A stretch of 64,000 nucleotides of DNA from the human T2T-CHM13v2.0 reference genome, Homo sapiens, in assembly GCF_009914755.1 (NCBI RefSeq), contig NC_060936.1. One strand, written 5' to 3'. This document shows, piece by piece, positions 58,951-64,000 of the stretch. The notes beneath the pieces were generated by a model, which searched no databases, had not been told where the DNA came from, and saw nothing but the letters and a program-made list of their open reading frames with translations. A program made the position numbers and the translations under genes. The first letter of the stretch is position 1; every line of letters begins with the position of its first letter.

Positions 58951-59615
58951 TCTGTGGGTTACTCCCACCTAGTATTGTTTCTCTTTTTTGGAGGTCATCT
59001 CAATTTTATTTAAGAGACAAATCTGCTAGTTGTAGCTATCACAGGAGCAGACACCACATCCGATATAACAACAGAGTGGACAGGAAATGTTTGTTAAATG
59101 AACAAAGCATTCATTCTAGTGATACAGTGGTCTGAAGTCTTGATAATTTTATAAATTGTGTTACTACCTTTAATGTAAGAAGAATGCACTTTTAATGACT
59201 GTCTAAACTCTACAAACCAATTCTGTATAAATCCTCATGCCGTTGTGTGGAAATCTGTACAGTGATTTTAGAAATTAGGAGTTATATCTTTCTAAGGAAA
59301 TCTTAGACAATGGCAGTGATTTTCATCTGGAAGCAGTTGATGTTATGTCTATATAGCTAACAAACTGGTAACAAAATCAAACTCTGAACCCATATAGCTC
59401 ATGTCAGACCCACAGTTAGGTTAATAAGAAAATGCAGAAATATTTTCAGGGGCACATCAAAATAAGCACTAGACAAACTCTAGTATGCGTTTTTTTCTGT
59501 GGTTTAGAATTTCATGGAGGTTAAGATACCGCACTGAGTTGTAGTGTTATCAATTTCCATTTACTCCTGTTCCCCTCCACCGACCATCTCCTTATGTCTC
59601 ATCCTTCGAGCGCAG

Positions 59616-59822
59616 AGCCAAATGAGGAGCAGAGTCTGAGATCTAATAACATTGCAGAGCTGAGTCCAGGAGCAATCAATTCCTGTCGAAGTGAATACCA
59701 TGCAGCTTTTAACAGTATGATGATGGAACGCATGACCACAGATATCAATGCACTGAAGCGGCAGTACTCTCGAATTAAAAAGAAGCAACAGCAGCAGGTT
59801 CATCAGGTGTACATCAGGGCAG
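59616..59822 (+). CDS. TBC1D30: TBC1D30 exon 11 (probable coiled coil)
   Basis: gagcgcag|AG, EPNEEQSLRSNNIAELSPGAINSCRSEYHAAFNSMMMERMTTDINALKRQYSRIKKKQQQQVHQVYIRA, CAG|gtaatg; 207 nt; no stop, so the gene continues. Confidence 0.94.
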
Positions 59823-60972
59823 GTAATGTGATTCTTCATTTGAATCAATTTCAGCTCTATCTCAACTTGTAAAATGAAGAACAAATAATCCTAGGAAGGC
59901 CTTGGAATTACTAACTGTAGCTCAGTATCCATCAACACAGCTGGCATGACATAATAGCATATTTAGCATCTCATTTTAAATTTTATTTTATCAGGCTCTA
60001 AAGAAGAAAAAGACTGCAGGTTCTTTTTAGGCCCCAAGGACCAGGCAGTTGATGGTATTAAACACGTCTCTACTGTGTGTGCTGTGGAGAAGGGTTTACA
60101 AATGATTAAAATGTTGCAAAGCCATGCAATCCTTGGACTTGAGAAATTTTGGAGCATAAATTTTATGCATCTGAATATAGAATCATCTGTGCACTAGTAA
60201 ATTAAGCTGTATACTAGTCATTTAGGTGATATTATAACAGATGTTGTATCAGAGAAACTGGGAAAAAAAACATTAAAAACCTGTGCCTTGCTGATGGCAA
60301 GTATCTTGGGAATATACTAAGAAGAACACAATTATAATGCAATTGGAAATGCTCTTTTCCAAGGATTGCCAAGCTTTTTTCTTTTTAATTCCAAAAATCC
60401 CAGTGAACAGTCTGCTTTATTGTTTAATATATGCTGATTTGGGAGTTGTTTTTTCTTGCTTGAAGTGAATATCTTAATGAAAATGGTGCCTGTCCAGAAT
60501 TAACTGAAATATAAATTTGACATGTTTTTAAAGTGGCATGTGAGCATGTGACTGATCCTGCACAAAAACTGAATTTACCTTCCATTTATCAGAGAAGAAT
60601 AGTTGACTTCTTGATGATTCTCACTTTATCCTGAGTCATTAAGAAACCAGTCACAAAATAACTGAACAATTTCACTTTAAGTTTCAAAAACATTGGCACA
60701 TACATTTCCTCATTTTGTCCTTAAAACAAATCTATGAGGAAGGCAAGGACAGATAGTCCCATCTTCTTCCAAATAGTGAGGAAATGGTGATTCAGGAAGG
60801 CTTAGCAATTGTCCAGGGTTATATAGCTATAGTGAGTGGTCAGGCCAGGGCTAGAACACAGGTGTTCTGATTCTTTGTACAGTCCCTTTTTAACTACACT
60901 GTACAAGTCTTTGGGTGTGACGGTAAACAATTGCTCAGGGTGCTAAATCGGCCCAGTGGTTTGTACCTTCAT

Positions 60973-61468
<496 letters not shown>

Positions 61469-61681
61469 TCTTCAGATCATGGTTGATGGTGGTTCTCTTT
61501 AAGGGAGAGATTGCTGCTCAAAGGCAAAGCTCTAGAGCTTTGGTTCTTGAAATTTAGTGTGCATACAGATCATTTGGGGATCTGCTAAAATATTCACTCT
61601 GTTTCAGTAGGTTTGGAATGGAGCTGAAATTATATGTTTCTAACAAGCCCGTAGGCACTGCTGGTGCTGCTGCATGGGGAC

Positions 61682-62037
61682 TGTATTAGTCTGTTTTCAC
61701 ACTGCAAATAAAGACATACCTGAGACTAGGCAATTTATAAGAGGCTTAATGGACTTACAGTTTCACATGGCTGGGGAGGCCTCACAATCATGGTGGAAGG
61801 CAAGGAGGAACAAGTCACATCTTACGTGGATGGCAGCAGGCAAAGAGAACTTGTGCAGGGAAACTCCCATTTTTAAAACTATCAGATCTTGTGAGACTTC
61901 TGCACTATCATGAGAACAGCACGGGAAAGACCTACCCCCATGATTCAATTATCTCTTACTGGGTCCCTCCTACAACACGTGGGAATTATGGGAGCTACAA
62001 GATGAGATTTGGGTGGGGATATGGCCAAACCATATCA
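61682..62037 (-). mobile_element. THE1 (A/B-like) solo LTR inserted in a MER5A remnant (~61540-62060)
   Basis: TGTATTAGTCTGTTTTCACACTGC...CCAAACCATATCA; flanks are MER5A-like (TTTCTAACAAGC...GGGAC / CATGGTTTGAGTAGC). Confidence 0.88.
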
Positions 62038-63090
62038 GAAACCATGGTTTGAGTAGCATGGTTTTAGATGAGATGGTATATGATAGGATTAGCAGCACAG
62101 GTGGAGAGATTGAACTTGAACTAGAGGCAAAAAGACCTTAGCTTCTGAGACTTAGTGGAAGGTGGTGAGTATGGTGGTTGAGGTATCAGCTTCCGAAGTT
62201 AGGGAGGATGGGAAATAGAGGCCTTTCAGATCTGATAGCTTTTGTTTTCATGGAGTAATTGGGGGAAAGTTGTTTGGTGGGGATTGGGAGTAAATGAGAG
62301 GTTAAAGAAAGTAATGAAGATTTAGTTAGGTCACTGAAGGGAGCGAGAAAGGGAAATGAAAAGATTGTTTGGCATTGAGGACCCAGTGAAATGGGAGGTC
62401 ATGAATTTAAAGGGCTCAGTTTCAGAAAAGAGAATGTAGATCATGGACCCTAGGTTGGGGCTTTACTAGCAATGTGTGACAAAGAGACAGGGATGCCTGT
62501 GAGGGAGTGATCTAAGCGGTCAGCCATGCATCTGGCAGGGTAGGGGTGTCAGTGAGCCGAAGACACATGAGGGGTTGTGAGGAGCCTGAGGAACAAGGAG
62601 CCAGAAGTCTCTGTGGTTCATTACCACATATAGTTAGACTGAGAGCCTGAGAGCTAGAAGAGCCAAAATGAGGAGTATTAGAATTAAATATTTTCACATA
62701 AGGTAGAGCTGGGTGATAATGTTTAGGATGGAACTGGAGAGGTTGAGGAACTATGAGAATGTAATGGAGGGCCAATCACAGTGACAGTCAAATAATTGGG
62801 GAGGTGGCAGGAATGTGGTGAAGAGGAGACAGTTATCAACATTTTTAGTTGATACTGGGGTATGACCAGTGGTAAATGACAACAGTAGAGAAGGGTGGAA
62901 ATTAGTTCAGCCAGATGACATGGACATCAAGGAAGAAGGAAACTCGCACACAGAGGGAGAGGCCTTCTCCCTACAATTTCTGTCTGCAGCTGCCATCCTG
63001 GGACCATGTGTGTTGAATGCTGCATTGGAAATAGGAGTCTGGTCATAGCCGCAGGTGGTCAATGATAATGCCATCGACAGTGCCTTCTAG

Positions 63091-63400
<310 letters not shown>

Positions 63401-64000
63401 TGAGGACAAAGCTTTTGGTGCTTTTCAGTTTTCAATTGGCTTTCGAAGTCCATTGAGGACACAGGAGTGGTTTTTCACCTGTAGGGCTAGATGCTGGATA
63501 GCTGTGATTTCACTGCATTCTCACTACCTTTTTATCACTTCTGTCATTCTGCTGGATCTCACTTCATAATATGCAGTGTGTTCTTTTCCTACCTCTCAGA
63601 GGCTGACAGATGATAATCCATATGGTCATAGTGTTTGTTGTATTATTTTTTTTAAATCTGCAAAGATTTTTCTAAGTACAGTAACTCAGAGGTTGCTACT
63701 CAGAGCCAAGAGCTCTCTGTAAAAAAAAAAATTAGGGAGTCCAGGCTCTGATTAGGAATGAGGGGTCAGATGTTCCTTTTTGTATCATCACCCTGTGGTC
63801 CCTTCCTCTTTAAAGAAGAGCGCATTGGTATTCCAGGCTCTTCGGTTGAATTCAGTTTCTGCTGTCTTCAGTCACATGACTCTGCCCCTCCCTGGGGAAC
63901 ACATGGGAAGGGATGTGGTAGACGGGGCTGGGAGGACCTCTAAGTGATTTCTGTTCCAAGATGGATGTGTTTCTTTGTGGTACACTTCATACTACCTTTC

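Noticed and set aside
63950-64000. Start of the final TBC1D30 exon
   Set aside because: The window ends in a pyrimidine-rich stretch that may be its acceptor tract, but no AG or coding sequence is visible.

Overview
Primate, almost certainly human, genomic DNA containing most of the Rab-GAP gene TBC1D30 on the + strand. A CpG-island promoter (~13.3-15.0 kb) is followed by 11 GT-AG coding exons (13899-59822). They splice in frame to 1498 nt (499 codons) and carry intact TBC catalytic motifs (IVKDLHR arginine finger, YCQG glutamine finger). The last exon lies just beyond the right edge. The rest is intronic or upstream sequence rich in Alu, MIR, L2, CR1, MaLR LTR and hAT elements. Intron 8 (21 kb) holds a nested stack: a full-length L1MA-type element interrupted by a near full-length L1PA, Alus and an MST LTR. 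Intron 10 holds an antisense processed RPL7 pseudogene. There is no prokaryotic-type system (CRISPR, operon). The most notable unexplained structures are: (1) an open ORF0-like frame in the L1PA antisense-promoter region that ends on a splice donor in phase with exon 9; (2) a decayed copy of the 3' half of exon 6 plus its donor, 1 kb upstream of the real exon; (3) several further local templated duplications, including an inverted insert at an L1 deletion junction; (4) an old 72-bp duplicated element upstream of the promoter. Repeat subfamily names and percent identities were judged by eye.
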